From Callorhinchus milii (taxonomy: Eukaryota): a stretch of DNA of 64,000 nt. Within the stretch, counting starts at the first letter, position 1. Every line of letters starts with the position of its first letter. Under the pieces are notes generated by a model that was given only the letters and a program-made list of their open reading frames with translations, was not told where the DNA came from and ran no database searches. The position numbers were made by a program, and so were the translations under genes. The stretch spans positions 16,370,001-16,434,000 of the forward strand of contig NW_024704742.1 of the NCBI RefSeq assembly GCF_018977255.1. The letters run 5' to 3'. Below, one piece after another: positions 52,071 through 64,000 of the stretch.

Positions 52071-52799
52071 TCTTGTCAATAAATCTGCCCATCACTGAAC
52101 CCTGCCCTCCCTGCCTTGGTCAATCCCTTGTGGTCAGGCTGATGTGTTGCTGAGGTAGGCAGGGAGGGAGGTGAGTCAGCAACTGGTTCACGAGAGTTTG
52201 CTGAGTTCCCTGGCATTTTTCCAAGGCAAGATTAAACATCTCGGGATCCCAGAATTTGGGCCACCAAAATCTTCAAATCCCGGCATTCAGAAAAAGCACT
52301 AGGATTGCAATCCCTAATCAGATTGGACAAACAACATGAAGCTTGCCAGACAGTGCTCTCAATGCCAAGCTGTAACGGTTTAGCTGGTTGAACTTCAGCA
52401 GTACCCAACACAAACTCTGGGAAGCCCAAGCCTTGATGCTCATTAATCTGTGCTTAATACTCTTTGGAATTAGGTAAGAAGAATGTGCAATCCATTCCAA
52501 CAGATTACCTGAAACAATGTTGTGAAGAACTGTAGGTCAGTTCTAAATTATTTCAGAATTTTTATGATTAAGATTAATGAATGCAATACGTCTGCCTGTT
52601 CAAGTGGCTGTTAAAGACCCCATGGCACTATTCCAAAAGAGAAGAGAGTTTCTCCCACTGGCCTGGCCACAATCCCTCACGTAAAATTGATCAGTCACTT
52701 TATGTCTGCTTGTGGGACATTGCTGTGTGCAAATTGGCTGCTACATTCTCCTCTAAATATCAATAATAATAATCCTTAGACTTGGTATAGTGCCTTATG

Positions 52800-55700
52800 T
52801 CGGGCAGTCGGGGAGCGGCGGCAGGAGAGCGCGGGGAGGAGCCTGGGCCTACTGACCCAGGTACTTAAACTCGACGCCGGAGCGAGTGCAGCTAGCCAGG
52901 GGAGGGGACGGAGCGGGGAACTGCGACGTCATAGATTAGTTTTCAGGTACGTGCGCGCGCACAAAAAAAAAAAAAAAAAAAAAACCCTCTGCGCCCCCCC
53001 CCCCACCAGGGCTCATATCAGAGCCCACTATGGTCCTGTTGGGTTCGCTGCCCCAATCTACGGGATAATGCCATCCACCTGACCGCTCGCTCCCGGTCCC
53101 CGCGTGCGCACTATGGCTGCCGCTTTGACCCGAGCCCCCTCACCCCCTCCCTCCCGCCCCCCTCCTCTCTCCCCCCAAACCCTCCCCCCTCTGCATCTCT
53201 CCCGCTCTCTCCTCCTCTCTCTCCGTCCCTCTCGTCTTCTATCCCCACTTGACCCTCCCACAACCTCCCTCTGCTCCAGCCTGGGAATCCTCCGCCGGGC
53301 TCACCGCGGCACTCGGCGTTGGCTGTCCAGCAGCAGCCACACCGACTGCCCCATTCCCCACCACACTCGCCACCCACCCCGGACACAGACCCGGGGAGTC
53401 AACCTCTCCTCCCTCATCCCCATTCCCCCCACCCCTGCCTCACAACCTGGACCCCCCTCCCCTCCCACACACCCTTCTGTCAACCGCTCCCTCCACATCG
53501 GACTGCAAAATGTCCGCTCCCTCTGCAACAAGGCCCTGGTCATCAACGATCTCATCCTTGATGAGAACGTTGATATCATGGCCTTAACAGAAACCTGGCT
53601 CACCCCAGGCGACACCTTCCCCCTCACGGAGGCCACGCCACCCGGCTACACCTCCCACCACATCCCCCGCCCCAACCGCCGTGGCGGTGGTGTTGCCCTT
53701 ATCTCAAGGACACCACTTGCCCTATCCCCCTACTCCACTGGCTCTTTCCCCTCCTTTGAGCACCTCACCCTCTCCCACCCCTCATTCCTCTCCCTTAAAA
53801 TCCTCCTCCTCTACCGGCCCCCTAAAACCTCTCCCACCTTCATCTCTGACATTTCAACACTCCTCACATCTCTTTGCCTCTGCTCCGATCGCCTCATCAT
53901 CCTGGGCGACTTTAACCTACACTTCACCCCCTCCTGCTCCATCTCCACAGACTTCTCTTCCCTGCTCTCCTCACTCAACCTCTCCTTACACATAAACTCC
54001 CCCACTCACAGTCACGGCCACCCACTCGATTTGGTGATCACCCGGGGCCTCAGTGTCTCGGATGTCACTATTACCGACAAGGCCATCTCTGACCACCACT
54101 TCATCTCCTTCACCACCTCCACCCCCCTCCCCACCTCCACCAGACCCACCACCATCTTCTACCGCCCTTGGAAGAAGTTACCCCCACAATCCCTAACCGA
54201 TGCCTTGGAGTCCTCTGAACTCCTCTCCCTCTGGCCTTCAACCCTCACCGACCCCTCTTCTCCTCTCTCCCTCCTCCACAATACCCTCTCCTCCACACTC
54301 GATACTCTTGCCCCCATCACTTCCCGCACTGTCTCCTACTCCCGCTCCTCCCCCTGGTACACCACCCACCTCCGCTCACTGAAAAGCCAGGTGCGGGCTG
54401 CTGAACGCACCTGTGTCAAATCTGGCCTAACGGTCCACCGACAAATCTGGCTGGACCTCCTCAAAATTTACCGCTCCACTCTAGCCTCGGCCAAGTCGTC
54501 CTTCTACTCCAGGATAATCCTGGAGGCGAAGAACAACCCCAGGCTACTGTTTTCCACCACAACCCGACTCCTCCGTCCCCCCCGCCACCCCGCGCAGGTC
54601 ATCTCCTCCAACCTTCACTGCGAGGAGATGCTGGATTTCCTTGAATCCAAGATCAAGGGAATCCGCTCCGCGGTCACTTCCCCTCCAACTTCCACCCACC
54701 ACCCACCCCTTCCCTCCCACACTCCGACTCCTACCCATCCTCCCCTACACACCTTCGTACCCGTTTCCCCACCCTCTGTCACTGAACTCATCCTATCCCT
54801 AAAACCAACCACCTGCTCCCTTGACCCCATCCCCACTCCACTCCTTATCTCCCAGCTCCACTTTCTTGCCCCACATATCACTGACATCATCAACCTGTCC
54901 CTCTCCTCTGGCTCTGTCCCCATTCCATTAAAAACTGCCATCATCACGCCCACCCTGAAAAAACCCTCCCTTGATGCGTCGCAGCTATCAAGCTACCGGC
55001 CCATCTCCAACCTCCCCTTTCTCTCCAAGGTCTTGGAAAGAGTTGTCGCCTCCCAACTGCGCTCTTTCCTTTCCACCCATTCTCTTTTTGAACCCCTTCA
55101 GTCAGGTTTCCGTGCTGCCCATAGCACAGAAACTGCCCTGGTCAAGGTCACCAATGATATCCTGACCATCTGTGACCAGGGCTCCCTCTGTCTCCTCGTC
55201 CTCCTCGACCTATCGGCAGCATTCGATACGGTCGACCACGCTATCCTACTCCACCGCTTGTCCTCCCACCTCAACCTTCAAGGCACTGTCCTTGAATGGT
55301 TTAGGTCGTACCTTTCTCACCGTCTTCATTTCGTCTCGACGAATGGCTTCTCCTCCACCCCCCGCACTGTCTCATGTGGTGTCCCTCAGGGCTCTGTCCT
55401 CGGTCCCCTCCTCTTCACCCTCTATATGCTCCCCCTCGGTGACATCATCCGCAGACATGGGTTAACTTCCACATGTATGCGGATGACACCCAACTCTACC
55501 TTTCCTCCTCTACTCTCAACTCCACGACCACCGATGTCCTGACAGCCTGCCTGTCCGACATCGAGTCCTGGACGAGAGACAACTTTCTTCAGCTCAACGT
55601 GCGAAAAACCGAGGCCCTCCTGATTGGCTCACGTCAGCGCCTCCGCACCTCAGGCGCTGACACCATCAGCATCCAAGGCTGCACTCTCCACCTCTCAAAG

Positions 55701-56521
55701 CCAGTCAGGAACCTCGGCGTTTTGTTCGACCCTGAGCTGTCCTTTCTCCCTCACATCCGCACCACAACTGGCACCGCCTTCCATCACCTCCGGAACATCG
55801 CCAGACTACGGCATTACCTCACCCCTCACGCTGCTGAAACCCTGGTTCACGCCTTTGTCACCTCAAGGCTGGACTATGGGAACTCTCTCCTCGCCGGCCT
55901 TCCCGCCACCTCCCTCCACAAGCTGCAGGTCATTCAGAACTCTGCAGCTCGTGTACTGTCCCGCACCAGGCTTCGGGACCACATCACTCCCACCCTCGCT
56001 CGCCTCCACTGGCTCCCCATCCCCCAGAGGATTGATTTCAAGATCCTCATCCTCACCTACAAGGCCATTCACGGCCTTGCTCCCTCCTACCTCTCCAACC
56101 TACTATCCCCCTACCTACCTGCCCGTACCCTCCGTTCCTCTGGCTCCGGTCTGCTCCACGTCCCCCGCCCCAACCGCCCTACCATCGGTGGTCGGGCCTT
56201 CAGCCTCTCAGCCCCAGGCTCTGGAACTCCATCCCCCAGTGCCTTCGCCTTGCTTCCTCCCTTTCCTCCTTCAAGGCCGGTCTCAAAACCTTTCTCTTTG
56301 ACCGAGCCTTCAGCTCCCCTCTCGACTCTCTTCCCCTCCTCGCTCCCTCCCTTCCCTCCCCTCACCCTGACCATTTCCCCCCTCCTCCCTCCCTCCCTTC
56401 CCTCCCCTCACCCTGACCATTTCCCCCCTGCTCGGGTCATGACCCAACTGTGCAGCGCCTTGGGACGTCCTCCTGACGTGAAAGGCGCTTTATAAATGGA
56501 ATCTTGTTGTTGTTGTTGTTG
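52800..56521 (+). mobile_element. Near-intact young L2 LINE, apparently single-ORF, with GC/CpG-rich 5' region and (GTT)n tail
   Basis: Inserted into a SINE 3' end with tatg at 52796-52799 and 56522-56525; CpGs retained throughout. Confidence 0.97.
53113..56330 (+). CDS. L2 ORF2 protein (APE endonuclease plus reverse transcriptase) with two single-base frameshifts; end approximate
   Basis: ATG at 53113; [68 protein letters not shown]. -1 shifts at the G run 55459-55461 and the C run 56212-56215. No internal stops. Confidence 0.9.
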
Positions 56522-56599
56522 TATGATGTTGTTGAGATGTCTAAAAGTGCTTCACATGATTTGATTTGTGAAGTCTCATCTAATTACATCCTTCATTAG

Positions 56600-56865
56600 G
56601 TACAAAGGAACTTTTCAGACCTCTTGGTTGTTAAAAACCTAAATGGGATAGAGGAGCAAAAGGATCTAGGGGTATACATATACAATTCACTAAAAGTAGC
56701 AACGCAGTTAATAAGGCCATAAAAAAGGCAAACCAAGCATTGGGGTTCATTTCTAGAGGGATAGAAATGAAAAGAAATGAGAAGGTTCATGTGGAGCATA
56801 AACACCAGCATAGACCAGTTGGGCCGGATAGCCTGTTTCTGTGCTGTATATTCTTATGTATCCTA
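56600..56865 (+). mobile_element. CR1 3' fragment with an internal deletion
   Basis: EEQKDLGVYIYNSLKVATQ-like segment joined to the CR1 3' UTR gggccggatagcctgtttctgtgctgta. Confidence 0.7.
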
Positions 56866-57019
56866 ATGTAATTAAAAATATTGCAATATGATTCCTTGTC
56901 TGATGGATTATAAACATATGGATCAGATCAATCTATCAATATTTTGTTCACTGGAACGTCATAATTACAATAGTTAATTCTAGCAGATTTCATCGACATT
57001 CAACCCTGCAACAAAAGAC

Positions 57020-57745
57020 TGTAGCCCTAAATCGTGTTGTTGGTATATAGGAAAGGCTTCCCCTCATAAAAAACGATTAATGAACGACCTAACAATCTCA
57101 AGATGGGTGTAATCAAAGTTTATTATAACATAAGCGGAATCATCAATACAACATGTTACAGAAGCAATAATTACAGAATCAAGACCATATTACTCGGTTC
57201 TTGGATTCTGTACAGTAGTTGACACAGCGCCTGAACTACTTCTCCTTATACGTGGTCCCTTCTTGAGTTACTGTGATTTTTGGTTCACCCTTTATAGTCT
57301 TCAACCATGCTTTGCTTTGCCTAAGCATTACCCTTTTATCATGTGTATTTCCCCCCACCCAAATTAGATGTCCTTCACGTGTTCATTCCTTATCTTGTTT
57401 TGAGCGTTACTGCACAGCTGCTATAATAGGATAAAAACCACCTGACTTCTCTCAGGGTCGCAAGGCCTGATAACGTCCCCATCCTCTTGCGACCATCAGT
57501 TCTTTATATGGTCTTATTATTGTCATATTCGTCCTTGGCCTCCTGCCCGAGACCTTGCGGTTTATTCTCTGTCTGGCCGCTAGGCCAACTGTTCTGCATA
57601 ACAACTAAACACTACTACTAATCACCATCTTTCAAATATTGCGGCCAATTATCTGTCTGACCAGCCTGTCTGAATAACAACTTAACGTGTTACTGCTATT
57701 TAAACAAACCTTTGACCCACACCCAATTTGTATGACAAACTAACA
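57020..57745 (-). mobile_element. Probable solo LTR (ERV or LTR retrotransposon)
   Basis: TG...CA ends; on the minus strand U3-like direct repeats (57590-57700), TATAAA (57296-57291), then AATAAA (57124-57119). No clear target-site duplication. Confidence 0.5.
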
Positions 57746-58829
57746 GAAAGAAATAATATGTAGCAACCTTTAATACTGCTCTGATATGTTCCAGCAGTGT
57801 TGAAATCCAATGCAATTGAAACACAATATGCTGTGCAAATAAGGACAGAAAATGTGGAATCAGAAAAGAATTTTCATCAAGCTCATTCCCTCAGCAGATC
57901 ATGTATAATTTGTACTCTGCTCTCTTTCCAGCTTGACCTTATCTCCTGAGAGAGAGAATGAACTGCAGACAAAACCTACATGAAAATAACCACTTCAAAT
58001 CTTCTTCCTGACAACTAAAAGCAATTAGGTGAAATTTTTGGATCCAGATCCAAACCTACAGCCCACGCTATTTACAGAGGACGCTGTATTTCAACTAGTT
58101 TTTTACAGAGAAATTAATCATGTATGCTTGCCCTTGTCATTACAACCTTCAATTTCATTCTTCATTTTGTTAAATATTCTTGTCTCATGACAATGGTGGC
58201 TCCTCCTGGGACACTGCTCCACATGTGTTAGGATCGCTCCACCCTTTCTTTCTGAATGGGTCTGGATAGTGAGTATCAGCGGAGAGGGGGCATTACAAAG
58301 CATGCTCAATAATGTCTTCACCTCCCACACTTATATTTGTATTTTCTAGGAGGGATCATTGGCTAGCAAATGTGAATGAGAACCTTGATTTATTCTAATG
58401 CACTGCCAGCAACAATTTTAATTTATATAACATCCTTCACACAGGGCAGCACTTAAAACTGTCAATTGTATTGCCTCCGCTGTTATCCCAACAGAGATCA
58501 GTTAACTCAGGACAGATTATGGAATCAAATTTAGAACTTTTATCACCCTCCAAGACTAAGTTACCCTGCCACCCCACGCATTTCCTCACACAGTTATAGA
58601 AACCCAGTGTCACATGGTTTCTTTCCTCTGTTCTCACAGGATAACAGATATATAAGAGCAATGAAGTGAAAACTGTGACCTACGATGAACATATTATTGA
58701 AAAATGAAATTGATAAATTAAGCTGGATGTCCAATACATGTAGAAACGTGCTCTCCAAACCAAACTACAGAGAGTTCCACATATGTATGATTATTTTCTG
58801 TTTGATTGGAATGGTGTTTGGACGCTTCT

Positions 58830-59600
58830 CTCCAGGTGGATACACCCTGTTTACCCAATTCTGGGCAGTGTAGACATTAGTTGACAAGAGCCAAGACTTG
58901 AGGACCCCAAGTGTACATTGAAGTAATGCTAGAGTTTAAGCAGCTAAAATCAGCTTGCCTTTGCGATCACTCACAAGTTTGCTGCAGGTTGATCACCCTT
59001 CCACTTGACTTTGACTTGCAAAGTTAACAGGAGTGCAGGAACTCATCTGCCCCTCCAAGTCCTGTTCACTGTTCTGTCATCAACAGTGCCTAGTACTGTG
59101 GACCTGCCTTTCTCAAGACGACCACTCCGATATTCCATTACAAGCATGTTACTTTGGACCCAAGTAGCAAAGATTTTATCACTCCCGACTCCCATGGGGA
59201 TAGACATCAGTTGGTCATAAGGTATCTGACAAGCTCTGGTTCAGCTCTCACCAGGTGGATGGCAGGCACAAGAAACTCCTTGTGAATTTCTTGTTGAGCA
59301 ACACAACTCAGTAAGAAAGGCATAAGAGCATTGCTACCTCTTACTCATAATCTGGACATGCACCATTGAACGGTTGTTCAATGTTTATTTCTAAAAACAC
59401 AAATCAGTTGAAGATGGCTGAGTAAATAACATGCAGTTTTACAGTATAACTGGGAGCTGAGTTCATCAGTCATTTTAATTGCTCAGTTTACCACAGTCAG
59501 TATTAGGTGGTATTCTTTCGCTAATTTCCACTGAAGGTCTTGTCCCAGATAAATTTCATGCTATACTGCAGCTGTCAATATTGATTTGGTCTTCAAATCC
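58830..59600 (+). mobile_element. Possible highly decayed Gypsy-type pol (RT) remnant
   Basis: Weak peptide echoes only: HYKHVTLDPSSKDFIT (cf. YHQIxLxPxSRxxTxF) and LISTEGLVPDKFHAILQL (cf. ISxxGIxPDPxKVxAI). Confidence 0.22.
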
Positions 59601-60049
59601 ATCACGGTGTGAAGATGGCAAGGTGGTAGACTGTCTGATTCTCCTGAGCCCAAGATCGATCAATGCAAACTGTTCACTACGAGCTAGCTAAGCAGTCTGA
59701 TGACATCCGTATTCACTATCAAACAAGACAGGTAACTGGCAGCACTTGCTGCAATACTGTTTGAATGTCTAACCACATGAAGGAGCTGCCATCAGGCCAT
59801 CTAAGTAAGGAAATGCAGGCCTTATTGAAAAAGCAGCCAATCGAGAGAATTGATGTAAACATTGTTGAGGAAGAATTTTACATTATAATTTATTTCACTT
59901 TCTGGAAACTCATTTTATTTCCTGGTAGTTTGAATGTTTTTAGCCCCTTCCTTATTTGTCACCCAATCTTTTAATCTACTTGACTTCAGCCTGTGAAACT
60001 TATCCACCAAATCTGGCAAAATCATGCAGAAGAAAATTCCGATTCAGAT

Positions 60050-60375
60050 ATAATAATAATAATAATAATCCTTGTATTTGATATAGCGCTTTTCATGTCA
60101 GGAGGACATCCCAAAGCGCTTCACAGAACACACTGTAAAGTGAATTGACTTTATATTTGTGGGCGCAACGCGGCAGCCAATTGCGCACAGCAATGTCCCA
60201 CAAACAATTGTAGATTGGAAATGACCAATTTTATTATTGTTTTTGGTTTTTGGAGGGATTATCATTAGGCGTGTGGAGTAAGGAAACTTGCTCAAGGTTT
60301 CGTCCTCTGCCTGGAATTGAACTCAGGTCTCTCACTTGCAAAGTGAGTGCTCTAACCACTGAGCTACAGGACTCC
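60050..60375 (-). mobile_element. Young tRNA/CORE/Deu SINE
   Basis: Full reverse-complement copy. Confidence 0.95.
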
Positions 60376-62003
60376 ACAAATGAATATACTGGAAAGATAT
60401 GAATTGCTTTAGAATTACTGGATTCAATTCTAAATGAAGACTTTGATTGGAAACCTCTCTGAGCTCTGACTTCTTGTTTTTAAGTTCAGAATGAAATCCT
60501 ATGTATGTTTATTTCTAAAGAACTATTGAGCCACATCAGTTCCGGCCCCCACCGACCCCTGACCAGTTTAAAGACGAAATGCTACCATGCATTCCTCATT
60601 TAACAATCAAACAGATAAAAATAATTTTAAAATATTTTTCTTTTGATGGTAAATGTGATGACATCTTTTTCGAACTGGCTTGGAAAAAATTAACTGTTGT
60701 GAGAGACCTGAATTCACATCGATAGGATCATCATTAACTCAGAGTGCTTCCTCCATCTTTAGCTGTGTGTGTTAATTCAAATCCTTCACACTGGCACTCT
60801 CAGTAACCCTTCCAAGACTCTCCAGCTGTATCATTTTGTAAAGTTATTACCTGGTGTGGAACTGAGCCACACAAAGATCACATCCCTATTTGTGCTGATT
60901 TAGATGATCTCAGCTACAGCACTTATGCACGTGTATAATTGGCATCCACATCTGGGCTAAAGAGAAATCAGTTTGGATGGCTATCCACTGAATGTATGAG
61001 AATGTGTGGATGTTGGTGAGAATGTGCAGATATTGAAGGACGGGATTGTCTGAGTTGCGTCACGTTCTACAGGAATATAATTTGTTGACCCTCTATATCC
61101 AGACTCATACATGTATAACAGTTACTTTTATAAGGCACAACAGAGCAGCAAGTGTCTGGAATGTTCAAGGACTGAAGGTAGGACTGGAGAAACAGGGAAA
61201 ATAAAAAACATTTCAAACGTTCTCAAGATGAAGTAATCTATACTCAGTGTTATAAACCAGAAATAATCAAAAACAACTTGCATTTTATATAGCTTCTGTC
61301 ACGAAGAATAACATCTCAAAGCACTTTACAGACAGTGTGGATTACCAAGCAAATGGTAAAGAGGGGTATAAACATGTTGACAGATAACTTAGTTGAAGAG
61401 ATAAGAATTGAAATGTTCATTAGGAGAGTTTTGAAGGAAAATAGAGAGAGCGCATGACAAAGGGAGTTATACAAAGTAGGGACACAGTGACTTGGAAGTT
61501 TGGCTCTTGATTGGATTTACATGAAATGTGTTATTTTATCAGTATTCCATTTTATTGATATGTTCCATTGTAATATTTACACAAGACTCCTTTGTTGGAG
61601 TTGCTCGACTTCACATTTAAAACACCACTTCTCTTTTTGATACTCAGTTTGTTCTTAAAATGTAGTAGACCAAATAGGTTGTCAGATCATTGAATCTAAA
61701 GAGGTCTTTCCTAGTGTTATATAAGAATTATGTGTTGTTATTGTTGGTCCAGTCATAAGATTATCACTGCTCAGTGTCAGACTTGGGATTGGTCATTGAG
61801 AACATTTTTACTAACCCATTCCCTGAAGACTAATCAACAAATATTTTATGGATCAATGATGCACAAAATTCCTTTTAAAAAGTCTTTGTAAGAAGAATCT
61901 AATCACTGCATATAGTCAACCTTCAACAATGAATCAGCAACTAAAGTTTCAAAAAGTTGTATAATGTAGTCAGAGAGATACAACATTCAATTGTGACATG
62001 CCA

Positions 62004-62324
62004 GATAATAATAATAATAATAATCCTTGCATTTGATATAGCGCTTTTCATGTTGGGAGGACGTCCCAAAGCGCTTCACAGAACACATTGTAAAGTGAAT
62101 TGACTGTATATTTGTGGGCGAACACGGCAGCCAATTGCGCACAGCAATGTCCCACAAACAGTCGTAGATTGAAAATGACCAATTTATTATTGTTTTTGGT
62201 TTTGGAGGGATCATTATTAGGCGTGTGGAGTAAGGAAACTTGCCCAAGGTTTCGCCCTGCCTGGAATTGAACTCAGGTCTGCGCCTGGAAAGCAAGTGCT
62301 CTAACCACTGAGCTACAGGACTCC
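62004..62324 (-). mobile_element. Young tRNA/CORE/Deu SINE
   Basis: Full reverse-complement copy. Confidence 0.95.
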
Positions 62325-62517
62325 ACGATACAATTATTTACAAAGAAAAGTCAAATTGAAAAGAAGCAATCATGTTACTGCATTTATTATGTTATATTTA
62401 TAAACTCATGGAGTCAAATTGGTGAAATTTAATGTTTTTTAAAAAGTGCCTAACCATAGCAACCAGCTTACTGGGTTAAGAGAACAGAGCAGAGAGCTCT
62501 CCCCCCATATAACAATT

Positions 62518-62710
62518 ATTAATAATAATAATAATCCTTGCATTTTATATATCGCTTTTCACGTCTTCTAGACGTCTCAAAGCACTTCACAGAATATGCT
62601 GTAAAGTGAATTGACCGTATATTTGTGGGCGAAACGCGGCAGCCAATTGCGCACAGCAATGTCCCACAAACAGTCGTGGATTGAAAATGACCAATTTATT
62701 ATTGTTTTGT
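62518..62710 (-). mobile_element. Young SINE, 5'-truncated
   Basis: Tail and Deu core only. Confidence 0.9.
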
Positions 62711-63069
62711 TAACAAGAAGAGACCATGGATAGAGAGGGGCAAGAATAATTATCTTTCTGCTTTGATCTTTTAATCAGAGTGAATGTTGAAAGACACTGA
62801 GAGCAGGGAAATAATCAGGTTTCCAAAGTTTTTTGTTTAATGAAGATAAACTCCTCACTTCAAAGTGTCACTTGATACAATGACAACGGCAGATAGTTGA
62901 ATTAAAGTGACAATTTCATCCCCAGGTTTTCATCAACCAGGGACCTGTTTAATTCACGTACTAAGATGTTTAACACGGGTAAAACACACTCGAGTATCTC
63001 AGTCACAACCTCATCTGGAAATTTGATTTGTGTTTTTTTTCATAATAAAAGTCACTTTTTCATCAGATT

Positions 63070-63423
63070 ACTCGTCTCGCAATCAAGGAGAATGGAGTTC
63101 AGTTCCTAAGCAGCGCAAATTTCCTTATTCCACATATCTCTGTTTACCCATCAGTAAGTAGGAATCTGGTTGTTAGATGATTGGCTGATCGCTTTTCCGG
63201 GGTTAATAATCCCTTAAAAAACAACTACTAATAATAATTTGGTCACTAAATGTATGACTGTTTGTGTGATACTGCTGTGTGCAATTGGCTGCCGTGTTTC
63301 CCCCCCCCACATATACAGTCAATTTACTTTACAGTATATTTTAGGAAGTGCTTTGAAATGTCTCTAAGATGTGATAAGTCGCTATGTCAAGTGCAAGGAT
63401 TATTATTATTATTATTATTATTA
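63070..63423 (+). mobile_element. SINE, long older variant
   Basis: Extra segment tctgtttacccatcagtaagtaggaatc...gatcgcttttccgggg, Deu core, (ATT)n tail. Confidence 0.8.
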
Positions 63424-64000
63424 CCTGATCAGATAGTTATTGAAGCTCCTCTTTGGAGAGGTTGATGATGATAAGCAAATTATAAAGCATGGTGAATTAT
63501 TGGAGTACAATACAAACAATGAATCTCTTTAAAGGTGTAATTGGTTTACAATTTTACACATTTTCCAGGGAGGCTTTGAACTATAGTTACTTAAAACAAA
63601 GGTTTATTAAAAAAATCAATTGTGTCTAGGAAAATAATCCAAAATTGTTCCACCCATAATTAGCATAAATCTAGCAATTCATTTTTAGATTTATGCTAGA
63701 CCCTCAAGCAAAAAGAGGAGGTTGTAGCAGATCAGTTTGGAGGAAAATACAAAGTTAAAGCAAAGTTTAACCAGCTTTGAAGCCTAGACAAACTTAATTT
63801 TGTTGCTCAATAAGTTACTACTACCTGGATAGCTCCTTCAGAAAGATAGTTAGTTTAAACAATCCCCATTCACCCAGTTAGATTTTTTGAAAGACCGATT
63901 TAACTTTTTTTTGCTATATCCAAGATAGAATTGACTTATTTAATATTTAATATTTCTACTGTCAATTTCACCAGATCTGCGACACTGACTAGATTTCACT

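Noticed and set aside
53005..53110. Possible HDV-like or twister ribozyme in the L2 leader
   Set aside because: I could not assemble the P1/P3/P1.1 nested pseudoknot or the twister core, and the would-be catalytic C differs between copies (gggctaa versus gggataa). An Infernal search would settle it.
53058..56374. Many overlapping Pro/Ser-rich and Gly/Arg-rich ORFs
   Set aside because: Alternative-frame and antisense readings of the C-rich L2 ORF2.

Overview
Repeat-rich vertebrate genomic DNA with no recognisable intact host gene, so it is probably intronic or intergenic. The repeat set (tRNA-Ala-headed CORE/Deu-domain SINEs with L2 tails, L2 and CR1 LINEs, and a Penelope-type palindromic repeat) points to a cartilaginous fish, probably a holocephalan (inference). 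Main contents: (1) a near-intact, young single-ORF L2 LINE at 52800-56521 and many L2 fragments, two with microhomology-bounded internal deletions; (2) two long decayed CR1 LINEs with esterase-type ORF1; (3) more than 20 SINE copies; (4) a probable solo LTR; (5) a ~95-bp 28S rRNA fragment inside a SINE; (6) an intronless, poly(A)-less DDX39A C-terminal retrocopy between two inverted Penelope-like repeats that carry degenerate minimal hammerhead-ribozyme motifs. Item 6 is the most unusual structure. All family assignments come from motif recognition by eye; no database search was run.
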